Below, in pieces: positions 29,085 through 39,904 of a DNA stretch of 64,000 nt. Positions within the stretch are counted from its first letter, which is position 1. Each line of letters opens with the position of its first letter. Source of the DNA: Nitrospiraceae bacterium (GTDB lineage: Bacteria > Nitrospirota > Nitrospiria > Nitrospirales > Nitrospiraceae); contig JBFWWG010000005.1 in the NCBI GenBank assembly GCA_050246315.1, positions 224,001 through 288,000 on the forward strand, read 5' to 3'. The translations under genes were made by a program, and so were the position numbers. The notes beneath the pieces were generated by a model that did not search any database, had not been told where the DNA came from, and saw only the letters and a list, made by a program, of their open reading frames with translations.

Positions 29085-29711
29085 GTGGCAAGGTATCGAG
29101 GTCCTGTCTGCCGATTGTGTCGTCGAGAGGGAGAAAAGCTATTTCTGAAGGGCTCTCGGTGCATGACCGAGAAGTGCGCCATCGAGCGACGGAGCTATCC
29201 GCCAGGGCAGCATGGACAAGGACGACAGCGAACGACGGACTATAGCACTCAGCTTCGAGAGAAACAAAAGCTGCGGCGCATTTACGGTCTTCAGGAGCGG
29301 CAATTCCGAGGGGTCTTCCAACGTGCCGAACGGCGGACCGGCGTCACCGGCGAAATCCTGCTGGCGTTGCTCGAAAGCCGGCTCGACAACGTCGTGTATC
29401 GCCTCGGGTTCGCTGTTTCGCGCAAACAAGCCCGCCAGTTGGTCGGTCATGGCCATGTGTCGGTGAACGGCCGCAAGGTGGACATCCCCTCACAGGTCTT
29501 GAAGACGGGGGACGTGGTGGAGGTTCGTCCAGGCAGCCGGGAAATCACCACCGTGCTATCCGCCATGGACGCGGTCGATTCGCGCGGCGTGCCGGCCTGG
29601 TTGGAGTTGGAGCGGGCGGCCTTTCGCGGCACGGTCAAAGCGACGCCCACGAAACAAGATGCCGCCGTCCCGGTAAATGAACAACTCGTGGTCGAATTGT
29701 ATTCGCGATAA
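29085..29711 (+). CDS. rpsD: 30S ribosomal protein S4 (Cys/Zn-type)
   Basis: [41 protein letters not shown]. Confidence 0.98.
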   Translation: MARYRGPVCRLCRREGEKLFLKGSRCMTEKCAIERRSYPPGQHGQGRQRTTDYSTQLREKQKLRRIYGLQERQFRGVFQRAERRTGVTGEILLALLESRLDNVVYRLGFAVSRKQARQLVGHGHVSVNGRKVDIPSQVLKTGDVVEVRPGSREITTVLSAMDAVDSRGVPAWLELERAAFRGTVKATPTKQDAAVPVNEQLVVELYSR

Positions 29712-29793
29712 CATCGCGGGCTCGGAATTCCGCGGCCTTCCGCACCTGATGCGAAAAGGCGGCGTCTAACATTGGTGAGATGAAGGGGGACCC

Positions 29794-30813
29794 ATGATCA
29801 AGCTCATGAAGGACTTTCAGATCCCGTTGCGGGTCGAAGTCGATAAAGACACGCTCTCCCCGGTCTATGGGAAGTTTATGGCGGAGGCGTTTGAGCGAGG
29901 TTTTGGTACCACCGTGGGCAATGCCTTGCGGCGCGTGCTGTTGTCGTCATTGACCGGCGCGGCGGTGACAAGTGTCCGCATCGAGAGCGTGTTGCATGAG
30001 TTCTCCACGATTCCTGGGGTGACCGAGGATGTGACGACGATCCTCCTTAACATCAAGAGCCTGCGTCTTGCCCTTCAGGGGGAAAAGCCGAAGACGATCC
30101 GTCTCCGTAAGAAGGGACCAGGGGAAGCCAAGGGGGTCGACATCGTTCATGATGGGGACTTGACCGTCCTCACCCCGGAGCTGCACATCGCCACGTTGGA
30201 CAAGGATGCTACGATTGACATCGAAATGGTCGTGAAGCACGGACGCGGCTATGTTCCGGCCGAGCGCAATAAGGAAGAAGGGTTGCCGATCGGGGTGATT
30301 GCGGTCGATTCGATATTTTCACCGGTCAAGCGTGTCAATTTCCAGGTCGAAAATGCACGCGTCGGACGGATGACCGACTACGATAAGCTCACCCTTGAAA
30401 TTTGGACCGACGGCACCATTTCCCCGCGAGACGCGCTGTCGACGGCCGCGGCGATCCTGCGCGACCATTTGGACATCTTCGTGAGCCCGGAGGATCGGCT
30501 GGAGGCGAAGCCGGAGGCGGGCGCCGAGGAACAGCTTCAGGCCGTGAACCGCAATCTGTACCGCAATGTTAGCGAGCTCGAACTCTCCGTCCGTGCAGCG
30601 AATTGTTTGAAGAATGCCAATATCAAGACTATCGCTGATTTGGTGCAGAAGACCGAATTGGAGATGCTGAAGACGAAGAATTTTGGAAAGAAATCCTTGA
30701 ACGAGATCAAGGAGATCTTGACGGAGATGGGGCTGGGCCTCGGGATGAAGCTCGAGTCGACGGCGATGTCAGGCACGAGCGATCCCAACAGCAAAACGGA
30801 CGTCTCCACATAG
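29794..30813 (+). CDS. rpoA: RNA polymerase alpha subunit
   Basis: [38 protein letters not shown]. Confidence 0.99.
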   Translation: MIKLMKDFQIPLRVEVDKDTLSPVYGKFMAEAFERGFGTTVGNALRRVLLSSLTGAAVTSVRIESVLHEFSTIPGVTEDVTTILLNIKSLRLALQGEKPKTIRLRKKGPGEAKGVDIVHDGDLTVLTPELHIATLDKDATIDIEMVVKHGRGYVPAERNKEEGLPIGVIAVDSIFSPVKRVNFQVENARVGRMTDYDKLTLEIWTDGTISPRDALSTAAAILRDHLDIFVSPEDRLEAKPEAGAEEQLQAVNRNLYRNVSELELSVRAANCLKNANIKTIADLVQKTELEMLKTKNFGKKSLNEIKEILTEMGLGLGMKLESTAMSGTSDPNSKTDVST

Positions 30814-30831
30814 GAGAAAAGGAAGGCTACT

Positions 30832-31305
30832 GTGCGACACGGTAAACGCGGCAGACAACTCGGACGGCAAACCAAGCATCGATGGGCGTTGTTTCGTAGT
30901 CTCGTCACGTCGCTCTTGGATCATGAGCGGATCGAAACCACGGAGGCGAAGGCGAAGGAGGTCCGTGGGTTCACCGATCGTATGATCACACTCGGTAAGG
31001 AAGGGACGTTGGCGGCGCGGCGACGGGCTCTGGGGTTTATTCGTCGGAAGGAAGTGGTATCTAAACTATTTGGCGAGATGGCGGATCGTTTTCGGAGCCG
31101 ACCTGGAGGGTACACCCGAATTATCAGGACCCGACGGCGCGTGGGGGATGCGGCGCATCTGGTGGCCATCGAATTGGTAGCCCAGGCGGCGCAGGTTTCG
31201 AAGAAGGAGGCGCCTGCGTCCAAGAAGTCCAAGCCAAAATCTGAAGAACCACACGGTCAAGCTACCGGTACGGATGCGCCGACTGCTCCGGCCGGCAACA
31301 CCTAA
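30832..31305 (+). CDS. rplQ: 50S ribosomal protein L17 with low-complexity C-terminal tail
   Basis: [26 protein letters not shown]. Confidence 0.98.
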   Translation: MRHGKRGRQLGRQTKHRWALFRSLVTSLLDHERIETTEAKAKEVRGFTDRMITLGKEGTLAARRRALGFIRRKEVVSKLFGEMADRFRSRPGGYTRIIRTRRRVGDAAHLVAIELVAQAAQVSKKEAPASKKSKPKSEEPHGQATGTDAPTAPAGNT

Positions 31306-31329
31306 TCGATTCACCGGTCCACTTTCTTG

Positions 31330-31370
31330 GCGGCGTATCCGGATGATAACCGGATACGCCGCTCTTCCTT
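31330..31370 (+). terminator. Probable intrinsic terminator of the alpha operon
   Basis: Perfect 13-bp stem GCGGCGTATCCGG / CCGGATACGCCGC with 7-nt loop, followed by TCTTCCTT. Confidence 0.7.
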
Positions 31371-31411
31371 CGTGTCTCGTCTCCGCTTCGTATTTCCCAA
31401 CCCGCGACTTA

Positions 31412-31440
31412 TTTACTTGGACTAACCTCCATGCTACTAT
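31412..31440 (+). promoter_or_regulatory. Possible sigma70 promoter for lptCAB-rpoN
   Basis: TTTACT, 17-nt spacer, extended -10 TGcTACTAT. Confidence 0.5.
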
Positions 31441-31485
31441 CATGCCAGTTATGGATTGTGTTGTGTCGTGACCTTCGCTTCAGTG

Positions 31486-32061
31486 ATGGGCTGGCAACAG
31501 TGGGCTCGTGGATTTCTGCTCGCGCTTGCGGTAGTCTCTAGCACCTTTCTCGCGTACCTCTTACTGACTCGCACTGAGTCGACGTCTCCACGGACCCCTG
31601 CGCTCAAGCCGTTACATGACCAAGCCGACGCTGGGATGGAGCAGTTTACCTTCACACAGACTAAAGACGGTGTGGTTCAATGGGAGGTGAAGGCCAAGCA
31701 AGCGAGCCTCTATGAAGACCAGAACCACGCGCTGTTGAAGACGGTCGAGGTGACATTGTTCGGCGAGCGCGGCCGTGAGTTGACGGTTCATGGCGATGAG
31801 GCGCGGCTCAATACCTCCAATAATAACTTCGAAATCGCAAACCGAGAGCGGGACCTTGTCATCCATCTCCAAGGAGGATATACGGTGTACACGAACCATG
31901 TGCAGTGGACCGACGAGCGTCAGGAAATGGAGACGCAGGATCCTGTGGTGATTGAAGGAAAGGGCATGCGGATCACAGGACGAGGGTTATTGGGAAAGGT
32001 GGAGCGTGAAGAGTTTCAGGTATTGGACGACGTGCGTGTGGACCTTGAGTCGGCTCAGTAG
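31486..32061 (+). CDS. lptC: LPS export periplasmic protein LptC
   Basis: N-terminal TM anchor, W-x-V-x-A-x-x-A and beta-jellyroll-like pattern, first gene of lptCAB. Confidence 0.8.
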   Translation: MGWQQWARGFLLALAVVSSTFLAYLLLTRTESTSPRTPALKPLHDQADAGMEQFTFTQTKDGVVQWEVKAKQASLYEDQNHALLKTVEVTLFGERGRELTVHGDEARLNTSNNNFEIANRERDLVIHLQGGYTVYTNHVQWTDERQEMETQDPVVIEGKGMRITGRGLLGKVEREEFQVLDDVRVDLESAQ

Positions 32062-32653
32062 CATCCTCCTCCTGGCCGTCCTCCACTGCGCATCCTTGGC
32101 GCTAGCCCAGGAACAAGGAGCAAATCCTGATGAAAAAACGACCATCACCGCGAAAAGGATGACGGTCCGAAATCAGGAAAACAAGGTGATCTTTGAGGGA
32201 GCGGTGGTCCTCACTCGAGGACCGCTTGTGGTTCATTCAGATACGATGGTGATGCTCTATCACGGAAGGCCAGACGGTGGGTCACCTCCTGGCGACCATC
32301 TGAGCTCATGCGGGTCCGGAGAAGCAAGTTCACGCGGGAAGGCTGCAGCTGGACGTGATCAGCGGCCGAATGGCGGCCAGGCGATGCCGACGGTATCGGA
32401 CCGGAAGGTCTGCCTGATCGAGGCCAGCGGGAACGTCACAATCGAGAAAGATGAAGGTCGCGCTATTTGCCGCAAGGCGGTGTTCTATCAGGAGGCAGAA
32501 AAAATCGTGCTCACGGGTGATCCAGTCGTGTGGCAACGTGGAACTCGTGTTACGGGACAGAAGATCACCATGTTCTTGGCGGAAGATCGCAGTGTCGTCG
32601 AGGGTGGGTCCCAGGTCACCATCGTTCCTGAAGGAGAACGGCGGTCACCATGA
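32036..32653 (+). CDS. lptA: LptA/OstA family LPS transport protein
   Basis: Signal peptide, [26 protein letters not shown]; start uncertain. Confidence 0.82.
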   Translation: MWTLSRLSSILLLAVLHCASLALAQEQGANPDEKTTITAKRMTVRNQENKVIFEGAVVLTRGPLVVHSDTMVMLYHGRPDGGSPPGDHLSSCGSGEASSRGKAAAGRDQRPNGGQAMPTVSDRKVCLIEASGNVTIEKDEGRAICRKAVFYQEAEKIVLTGDPVVWQRGTRVTGQKITMFLAEDRSVVEGGSQVTIVPEGERRSP

Positions 32654-33441
32654 GCATAGGAAAGGCCGCGAATCTTGCGGCTGCTGCGGACAGTGCCGAG
32701 CGGGGTCAGGTTCGCTTCGAAGACCGACTTGCCGGCGAGGGGTTGGTCAAGAGTTTCAAAGGTCGGACGGTCGTGAAAGGAGTCCGGCTCGATGTCACGG
32801 CGGGGGAGATCGTTGGGTTGCTGGGGCCCAATGGCGCCGGCAAGACAACCATCTTCGATATGATGGTGGGACTTTGTCAGCCGGACGCGGGCACCATCAG
32901 ACTCGGTGACCAGGTCGTGACCGCACTGCCCATGTACCAGCGGGCTCGCCTCGGCCTTGGGTATCTCCCACAGGAGTCTTCGGTATTCCGGCGGTTGTCC
33001 GTGGAAGACAATATTCTGGCGATCCTTGAAATGCTCGCGCTGTCGGATGAAGAACGTGAACAGCGGCTGGAAGGTCTGCTGAAGGAACTGGATCTAACGC
33101 CGCTCCGGAAGAGCAAAGCCTATGCGCTTTCGGGCGGCGAGCGACGACGTCTGGAAATCACGCGCGCGCTCGCCACGCGTCCGCGGTTCCTATTGCTCGA
33201 CGAACCGTTTGCGGGTATCGATCCCATCGCGGTGGGGGAGATTCAGCACATCATCACCCGCATGAAACATCGACGCATTGGGATTCTGATTACTGACCAC
33301 AATGTCCAGGAAACCTTGTCGATTACCGATCGCGCGTACATCATCAACGAGGGCACGATCCTCGAGGCTGGAACGCCGGAGGTGATCGTGAATAGTGCGG
33401 TGGCACGCGCGGTATACTTGGGAGACCGCTTCCAACTGTAG
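32650..33441 (+). CDS. lptB: LPS export ABC ATPase LptB
   Basis: [41 protein letters not shown]. Confidence 0.96.
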   Translation: MSIGKAANLAAAADSAERGQVRFEDRLAGEGLVKSFKGRTVVKGVRLDVTAGEIVGLLGPNGAGKTTIFDMMVGLCQPDAGTIRLGDQVVTALPMYQRARLGLGYLPQESSVFRRLSVEDNILAILEMLALSDEEREQRLEGLLKELDLTPLRKSKAYALSGGERRRLEITRALATRPRFLLLDEPFAGIDPIAVGEIQHIITRMKHRRIGILITDHNVQETLSITDRAYIINEGTILEAGTPEVIVNSAVARAVYLGDRFQL

Positions 33442-33465
33442 CGAGGGTATCACGGAATACTCACC

Positions 33466-34974
33466 ATGAAACTCAGGCTTGATCTCAGACTCAGTCAGAA
33501 GCTGATCATGACCCCGCAGCTCCAGCAGGCGATCAAGCTATTGCAATTGTCTCGCCTCGAACTGCAACAAACATTGGAGCAACATCTGCTTGAGAACCCG
33601 GTTCTCGAAGAAATGCAGTCTGAGCTGGAAGATGCTGAGACGACGACGAGCGAGGACGGCGCCTCGACGGTAGAGCCTTCCGGCGACACTACTGCCACCG
33701 CTGAATCTGTCGGGACTGCGAACGATCGAGATAATCCAGAAGAACTGTCGGCTTCCGGATGGGAAGACTATTTCGATAGCGATCGCCGTGCTGGTGATGT
33801 GGAGTATCCCTCCGGTGGTCAGGACGAAATGCCGTCCTTCGAGCAGACACTCACCACAGCCACGTCGTTGGAGGAGCATTTACGGTGGCAGCTTTCCCTG
33901 TGCGGATTATCGGAGCGAGAAAAGGTGATCGGACGGCTGATTATCGGCAATCTTGATGATGACGGGTATCTCCGGATTGCGCTGGATGAGGTGGTGGCGG
34001 ACACCGATTTCACAGCGGTCGAGGCGGAGAATGTGTTGAGCGAAATACAGAAATTCGATCCAGCCGGGGTCGGCGCGCGCAACCTGCCGGAATGCTTGTT
34101 GCTGCAATTGGGGTATCTCGGCCGCAGCCCGATCGGGTCTATCGGCGCCAGGCCTGGTGCGTTACGAGGAGCGGTTGTAGAATCCATCATTCTCCACCAT
34201 CTAAAGGATCTCGAAAAAAAGCAGTATGCCAGGATTGCCAAGGCTCTGGACGTAAGCTGCGAGGAGGTGTTTGAAGCCACACGCGTCATCGAAGGTCTGG
34301 AGCCCAAACCCGGCCGTCCCTTCTCCTCGACGGACAACCACGTCATCGTGCCGGATGTGTTCGTGATGAAACATGAAGGCCAATGGGTTGTGCTGCTGAA
34401 CGATGAAGGGTTGCCGCGCATGCGGATCAGCCCCTACTGCAAGCAACTCCTGGCCACGCAGGGAGCCTCGAGAGAAACCAAAGCCTACCTCGATGAAAAG
34501 ATGCGCGCGGCCCAATGGGTGTTGCGCAGTATTGAACAACGCAATAAAACCATCGTGAAGGTCGTCGGCAGCATCGTGAAATTCCAGGAGGCGTTCTTCG
34601 AGCAGGGTGTCGAACACTTGCGCCCGCTGGTATTGAAGCAGGTGGCTGATGATGTCGGGATGCATGAGTCAACCATCAGCCGCGTTACTGCGAACAAATA
34701 TTTGTATTGTCCACAAGGAATGGTGGAGTTGAAATATTTCTTCAACGCAGGGCTCCAGCGGACAGATCTTCAGGGTGAGATGCTCTCGTCAGTGACGGTA
34801 CGAGAAATGATTCGCCGAATGGTAGCGGAGGAAGACAGCGCTCGTCCACTCAAGGACGAGGAGATCGCTACCCGGTTGCGCGGTCAACAGATCATGATTG
34901 CACGACGAACGGTTGCCAAGTATCGAGCCGAAGAGAATATCCCTTCTGCCAGCCAGCGGAAGCGTTTTTTCTGA
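33466..34974 (+). CDS. rpoN: RNA polymerase sigma-54 factor
   Basis: MTPQLQQAIKLLQL, MHESTISR, RpoN box ARRTVAKYR. Confidence 0.98.
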   Translation: MKLRLDLRLSQKLIMTPQLQQAIKLLQLSRLELQQTLEQHLLENPVLEEMQSELEDAETTTSEDGASTVEPSGDTTATAESVGTANDRDNPEELSASGWEDYFDSDRRAGDVEYPSGGQDEMPSFEQTLTTATSLEEHLRWQLSLCGLSEREKVIGRLIIGNLDDDGYLRIALDEVVADTDFTAVEAENVLSEIQKFDPAGVGARNLPECLLLQLGYLGRSPIGSIGARPGALRGAVVESIILHHLKDLEKKQYARIAKALDVSCEEVFEATRVIEGLEPKPGRPFSSTDNHVIVPDVFVMKHEGQWVVLLNDEGLPRMRISPYCKQLLATQGASRETKAYLDEKMRAAQWVLRSIEQRNKTIVKVVGSIVKFQEAFFEQGVEHLRPLVLKQVADDVGMHESTISRVTANKYLYCPQGMVELKYFFNAGLQRTDLQGEMLSSVTVREMIRRMVAEEDSARPLKDEEIATRLRGQQIMIARRTVAKYRAEENIPSASQRKRFF

Positions 34975-35112
34975 CCACCAACCGATCTCATTCCGGTTCA
35001 CTCCTCGGTGAGGGGAGGGGAGATCATGTCCCGCTGCTGACCCGGCACGCGTGAACGTCGGGATGTTGAAGTGTTAATGCAGTCGGGTATTCCATATGAA
35101 ACGGAGCGAGCA

Positions 35113-35646
35113 ATGAACATTGTCATGACTGGGCGCCACATTCGCATTACGAATGCTTTGCGGGAGTATGTGCAGCAGAAAGTCGAGCGGTTGGGACGAT
35201 ACAGTCTGCCGCTCAGTAGCGTGCAGATGATTCTATCCGTGGAAAAATTTCGCCATCAAGCAGAGATCGTCTGTGTCTTCAATGGGAAGCAATATCGTGC
35301 TAAATCCTCGTCGCCTGAAATGTATGCATCGATCGACAACGTGACCGATAAGATCGATCGGCAAATGCGGAAAACAAAAGACAAGCTTGTCAGTCATAAA
35401 GGGACGAGACGTCGGCAGACCCTTGCTCGCATGCCCTCCAAGGATGGCGAGAGGCCAGGCGTCTCGGTTGGCCGGACTCGGGCAGAAACCTTGACCATTC
35501 ACGAGGCGATCGGACGGTTGCCGGTGGAGGCGGCCTCGTTGTTCTTTTTCAAAGAAGCTGCATCAGGATCGGTCTTGGCGTTGCGTCGGGGAGCCGGTGG
35601 AACGGTCGAGGTGATTGTGCCGCAGGGGGAGCCGGAGCTTGCATGA
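35113..35646 (+). CDS. hpf: Ribosome hibernation promoting factor (long HPF/RaiA family)
   Basis: MNIVMTGRHI..TNALREYV, EMYASID..RQMRK.KDK; downstream of rpoN. Confidence 0.9.
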   Translation: MNIVMTGRHIRITNALREYVQQKVERLGRYSLPLSSVQMILSVEKFRHQAEIVCVFNGKQYRAKSSSPEMYASIDNVTDKIDRQMRKTKDKLVSHKGTRRRQTLARMPSKDGERPGVSVGRTRAETLTIHEAIGRLPVEAASLFFFKEAASGSVLALRRGAGGTVEVIVPQGEPELA

Positions 35647-35890
35647 TTCATGAAAGCTTCCGCTGTCTTGGGCCATTGCAATAGAAGAGCAGCGGACGCC
35701 CTGATTCGACCCTGCGACAAGCTGGCATGCGGATTCTTGGCATGCCAGCGGCCGGACTGGTCGTTCGGTCGGGTCGACGTACTGGTTGCCGCACGCCTCA
35801 CTTCCTCGCCGCTCCATGTGCCCACCTGGCTTGGCGAGTGCATGATTTTGTGTCGAACTGTCATGAATATTGAAGGCTAGGGCTGGTCCG

Positions 35891-36757
35891 ATGGCAGATT
35901 TTCAGTTGGTCATCATCAGCGGTTTGTCCGGGTCTGGGAAAACGCATGCCCTGAAATGCTTTGAGGACGAGGGATATTTTTGCGTGGATAATCTCCCTCC
36001 CGCGTTGCTCCCAACCTTTGTCGAGCTATGTCGGCAACAGGGTGAAGAGGTCAGAAATGTTGCCTTGGGAATCGATATTCGTGAACGTGCCTTTCTGGGT
36101 GATCTGAGGACGAATCTGGAGAGCATCAAGCGGAGAGACTACAAGCTACGCCTGCTCTTTTTCGAGGCGAAGGAGGATGTGCTGGTTAGGAGGTTTTCTG
36201 AATCACGACGACCTCACCCGGTCATGCCTCACGCTCCCCTCCTCGACGCGGTTCGCGTCGAGAAAGAACGCTTGCAGGACCTCCGCGACATCGCAGACCG
36301 GATTATCGATACCTCAGACCTGACCGTTCACGATCTCAAGGGAGTGCTGAGTCGATACATCCACAAAGAGGCGGCGGGTCGCCGCATGACGATCTCGCTT
36401 ATCACCTTTGGGTTCAAGTTCGGAGTTCCGTATGACATTGACCTCCTCTTCGACGTGCGGTTTCTGAAGAACCCGTATTTTCATCAGGAGATGAAAGGCC
36501 TCACGGGAGAGGATGAAAGGGTCCAAGTGTATGTGCTGGAGGATGACGCCGCTCGAGAGTTCGTCGAAAAGCTCCTCGACCTGTTGAGGTTTCTGATTCC
36601 TCTGTTCGAGCGGGAACACCGCAGCTACCTGAATATCGGCATCGGATGCACGGGAGGCCGTCACCGTTCGATTGCCGTAGCCTGCCATATCCGGGACCTT
36701 CTGGCCAGCCAAGGTTTCGAACCCATCCTGTTTCATCGCGACATTCATAAAGCCTGA
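35891..36757 (+). CDS. rapZ: RNase adapter RapZ/YvcJ P-loop protein
   Basis: SGLSGSGKT, CVDNLP, FGFKFG, DVRFL.NP, GCTGGRHRS. Confidence 0.96.
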   Translation: MADFQLVIISGLSGSGKTHALKCFEDEGYFCVDNLPPALLPTFVELCRQQGEEVRNVALGIDIRERAFLGDLRTNLESIKRRDYKLRLLFFEAKEDVLVRRFSESRRPHPVMPHAPLLDAVRVEKERLQDLRDIADRIIDTSDLTVHDLKGVLSRYIHKEAAGRRMTISLITFGFKFGVPYDIDLLFDVRFLKNPYFHQEMKGLTGEDERVQVYVLEDDAAREFVEKLLDLLRFLIPLFEREHRSYLNIGIGCTGGRHRSIAVACHIRDLLASQGFEPILFHRDIHKA

Positions 36758-36801
36758 TCGTTCGCTTCGTGCCTCCACGCGCGCATTGAACGGCGCATTG
36801 C

Positions 36802-36829
36802 TTGACACATGTAGGACATGGACTATACT
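36802..36829 (+). promoter_or_regulatory. Probable sigma70 promoter of pilMNOPQ
   Basis: TTGACA (36802-07), 16-nt spacer, TATACT (36824-29) in an AT-rich spacer. Confidence 0.6.
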
Positions 36830-36966
36830 TGGCAATGTCCCACACTGCACATGAGCTAAAACGCAAAAGTCAAGTATTAATAAGTCAATGCTAAGAAGTA
36901 GGCATAATGGCCTGTATTCCAAATGGTCTCTGGAATATCGGCCGGTCGAATAGGGACGATTGATCT

Positions 36967-38073
36967 ATGTTCGCACAACTGCGCAACGTCCTCTCAATTG
37001 AGTTCTCGACGATTCTCTCCTCCAGGCGGCCGCTTATCGGACTCGACATTGGATCCAGTGCGATCAAATTGATCCAATTGAAAGAAGCGAAAGGACGGTA
37101 CGTCTTGCAAAAGTGCGCTGTGAAACCACTCGAGCCGGAAGTCATCGTCGATGGCACCGTCATGGATGAGGGTCGTGTTGTTTCGACAATTCAAGAACTC
37201 ATGACGGAGCAAGGCATCAAGAACAAGCAAGTCGCCATATCGATCTCAGGACATGCAGTGATCGTGAAGAAGATCAGCTTGCCTCCCATGCCGGATAATG
37301 AGCTGGCGGAACAGGTGAAGCTTGCCGCGGAACAATACATTCCTTTCGATATCAATGAAGTCAATCTGGATTTTCACGTGTTAAACGGGCCGGGAGCCGG
37401 AGAAGACAGTGATGGGCAGATGGCGATCTTGTTGGTGGCGGCGAAGAAGGACAAGGTGAATGAACTGTGCGAGTTGGTGAAAGCCGCGGGTCTGAATCCC
37501 AGTGTGATGGACGTTGATGCATTTGCCATCCAAAATATGCATGAGATCAATTACCCGATGACCAAAGGAGATGTCACGACCATCGTCAATATCGGCGCCA
37601 GTGTGATGAACGTGAATATCGTGCAGAACGGTGCGTCCCTCTTTACTCGCGATATTCCCCTCGGAGGGAATCGCTATACGGAAGCCATTCAGCGAGAATT
37701 AGGCATGTCCTTTGAAGAGGCGGAGGAAGTGAAAAAGAGCGAGCGACCGAGCGGCGGCCATGAAGAGATCGTGCGGAGCGTTATTGAGAATCTTAATGCG
37801 GAGGTGGCGTCAGAGATCGGGCGTACCATTGACTATTACAAGAGTACAGCCGGCGATGGCGATGTGGAACGTCTCCTCTTATGTGGAGGCGGGGCCAAAG
37901 CAAGTGGCTTGCTGGAGCACCTTCGTGATCGTATGCGGGTCAAAGTGGAATTGGCAAATCCCTTCCAGGAGATTGATTGCACCTCGGCCGATATGGATCC
38001 CTCCACGCTCGATGAAATAAGTGCGGTGGCTGCGGTGGGTGTTGGCCTTGCGTTGCGCGCAATGGGGGACTGA
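36967..38073 (+). CDS. pilM: Type IV pilus assembly protein PilM
   Basis: Actin-like GLDIGSSAIK, QYIPFD, LLCGGGA, VGLALR. Confidence 0.95.
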   Translation: MFAQLRNVLSIEFSTILSSRRPLIGLDIGSSAIKLIQLKEAKGRYVLQKCAVKPLEPEVIVDGTVMDEGRVVSTIQELMTEQGIKNKQVAISISGHAVIVKKISLPPMPDNELAEQVKLAAEQYIPFDINEVNLDFHVLNGPGAGEDSDGQMAILLVAAKKDKVNELCELVKAAGLNPSVMDVDAFAIQNMHEINYPMTKGDVTTIVNIGASVMNVNIVQNGASLFTRDIPLGGNRYTEAIQRELGMSFEEAEEVKKSERPSGGHEEIVRSVIENLNAEVASEIGRTIDYYKSTAGDGDVERLLLCGGGAKASGLLEHLRDRMRVKVELANPFQEIDCTSADMDPSTLDEISAVAAVGVGLALRAMGD

Positions 38074-38627
38074 TGATTCGGATCAACCTGATCGCCGGAC
38101 CTCGATCCAAGAAAGCTCAACCCGCGCAGTGGGGAGCGCGAGCGGAGGCCTTGGCCGGTATCGCCGTCGTTGTGCTGACTCTACTGATTGCCTGGTTGTA
38201 CGTCGATGCGCTTCAAGAAGAGCGTGTAGCTAAAGAGCAGGAGAAGCAGGAGAAGGAGCGGCAAATCGTTGCCCTGAAGGAGCAGGTAAAGCAGGTCGAC
38301 GGATTTGAGCAAAAGAAGAAGGCGCTCGAGGACAAGAATCGAATTATCGATCAGCTCGAAAAGTCTCGGTCCGGTCCGGTGAAGGTGATGGACCATCTCA
38401 GCCGGAGTCTCGATCCGCTCAAATTATGGCTGCTGAAGATGTCGATGAAAGAGGGGCGAGTTGAGGTGGAAGGGCGGGCACTCACCAACGATGATATTGT
38501 GGAATTCGTGAACAACCTGCGACGCACAGAATATTTCACTGCCATTCAACTGATGGAGTCTCGCGCGGCGACAGAAGGTAAGGCAGGGGTATTCAGCTTC
38601 AAGATCACTTTCTCTTTAAGGATCTAA
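38073..38627 (+). CDS. pilN: Type IV pilus assembly protein PilN
   Basis: MIRINL motif, TM helix, coiled coil. Confidence 0.93.
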   Translation: MIRINLIAGPRSKKAQPAQWGARAEALAGIAVVVLTLLIAWLYVDALQEERVAKEQEKQEKERQIVALKEQVKQVDGFEQKKKALEDKNRIIDQLEKSRSGPVKVMDHLSRSLDPLKLWLLKMSMKEGRVEVEGRALTNDDIVEFVNNLRRTEYFTAIQLMESRAATEGKAGVFSFKITFSLRI

Positions 38628-38636
38628 CCAGTGGAC

Positions 38637-39281
38637 ATGCCTAAACTGAACCTGGATGTGCTTCATAACGTGCCGCTTTCCCAAAAGCTGGCGCTGTTGG
38701 GGCTCCTCATAGGAGGGATCGTGGCTGGTGTGTATTACTACTATGTTGAGCCGGAAAACGAGCAGATTACTCATCTCCAAACCCAGATTGGTCAGCTCGA
38801 TTCGGAAGTTCAGAATCTTACGCTCAAGGTGAAGCATCTCGATGAGTTGATCGCGGCGACGAAGCAATTGGAGGTTGAACTTGCCAAGAAGAAGGAACGG
38901 CTGCCGCCTTCTGAAGAGGCCGTGATGCTGTTGAAGCAACTATCGGACCTTGGATCTCGACTTGGATTGGATATCAAACTGTGGAAGCCTGCTCCTCCGT
39001 CTGAAGACCCCTCCAAGCTCTTCGTCCGAATGCCGGTCAACGTCGAAGTGGCCGGTGGATACCATACAGCGGCCATTTTCTTCGACCGTGTCAACCGCTT
39101 GCCCCGTATTATCAATGTTTCTGACTTAAGGATGGGAAATCCGCAAGTCGAGAAGGGACGGGTCGTCACCCAAACCGTATTTGATTTGGTAGCCTTTGCA
39201 GCCCCGGAAGAGCGGGTGGCATCGGCCAATGCGCCAGGCTCTGCAGCTCCTAGCCTGGTTCCTGGACCTATCAAGCGATGA
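38637..39281 (+). CDS. pilO: Type IV pilus assembly protein PilO
   Basis: TM plus coiled coil, LP..EE, GGYH...FFD.V..LPRII. Confidence 0.92.
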   Translation: MPKLNLDVLHNVPLSQKLALLGLLIGGIVAGVYYYYVEPENEQITHLQTQIGQLDSEVQNLTLKVKHLDELIAATKQLEVELAKKKERLPPSEEAVMLLKQLSDLGSRLGLDIKLWKPAPPSEDPSKLFVRMPVNVEVAGGYHTAAIFFDRVNRLPRIINVSDLRMGNPQVEKGRVVTQTVFDLVAFAAPEERVASANAPGSAAPSLVPGPIKR

Positions 39282-39904
39282 AGAGGAGCGATGTGAATCC
39301 ATTGTCTGTCAGTTCCAACCTGCCATGGATGATTGCTCCGGTCGTCCTGATCGCCTTCATCGTGCCTGCTGTCGGGCTTGCACAACCGACTTCCGAAGCC
39401 AAGCAATCCGGAGGTAGCGTTTCTGCGCCGCCGGCCTCAATCCCAACACCGAACGCTGGTGAGGCGACGTCCATCCTGTTGACTCCAGGAAACGCACCAG
39501 GTCAACCAGAGAACATGACCAGAACCGTGGCGGTGCCCGGGATGATCGAAGCCGAGGTGCCGGTATATGATCCTGCGGGACGTCGTGACCCATTCATTGC
39601 AATTGTTCAACTCGATGACAGAAAAGCAGATGAAGCCATGCCTCCGCTGCAACGTGTTGCGGTGACGGAGATCAATCTCATTGCCGTAGTGTGGGGAGGG
39701 TATGGATATACGGGGATGGTCCAAACTCCTGATGGGAAAGGGTATGTCATTCGGAGAGGGACGCGACTCGGAACCAATAATGGTCTTGTGACTTCGATTA
39801 CAGAGCGGGGCGTGATCGTCGTGGAACGATTTTCAGACGTCTACGGGAATAAACAGGAGCGGGAATACGTCAAGCTCCTCCATCCAAAAGAGGCGGCAGA
39901 ATGA
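39278..39904 (+). CDS. pilP: Type IV pilus assembly protein PilP
   Basis: YDPAGRRDPF, PLQ, G..G.N.G.V..I; synteny. Confidence 0.9.
   Translation: MKRSDVNPLSVSSNLPWMIAPVVLIAFIVPAVGLAQPTSEAKQSGGSVSAPPASIPTPNAGEATSILLTPGNAPGQPENMTRTVAVPGMIEAEVPVYDPAGRRDPFIAIVQLDDRKADEAMPPLQRVAVTEINLIAVVWGGYGYTGMVQTPDGKGYVIRRGTRLGTNNGLVTSITERGVIVVERFSDVYGNKQEREYVKLLHPKEAAE

Noticed and set aside
35723..35738. Sigma54-like TGGCATG-N4-TTCT
   Set aside because: Lacks the essential -12 GC and is better explained as one arm of an inverted repeat.
36840..36960. Possible c-di-GMP riboswitch upstream of pilM (ACGCAAAAG)
   Set aside because: No P2 stem with GNRA loop or matching receptor could be built by eye; an Infernal scan would settle it.
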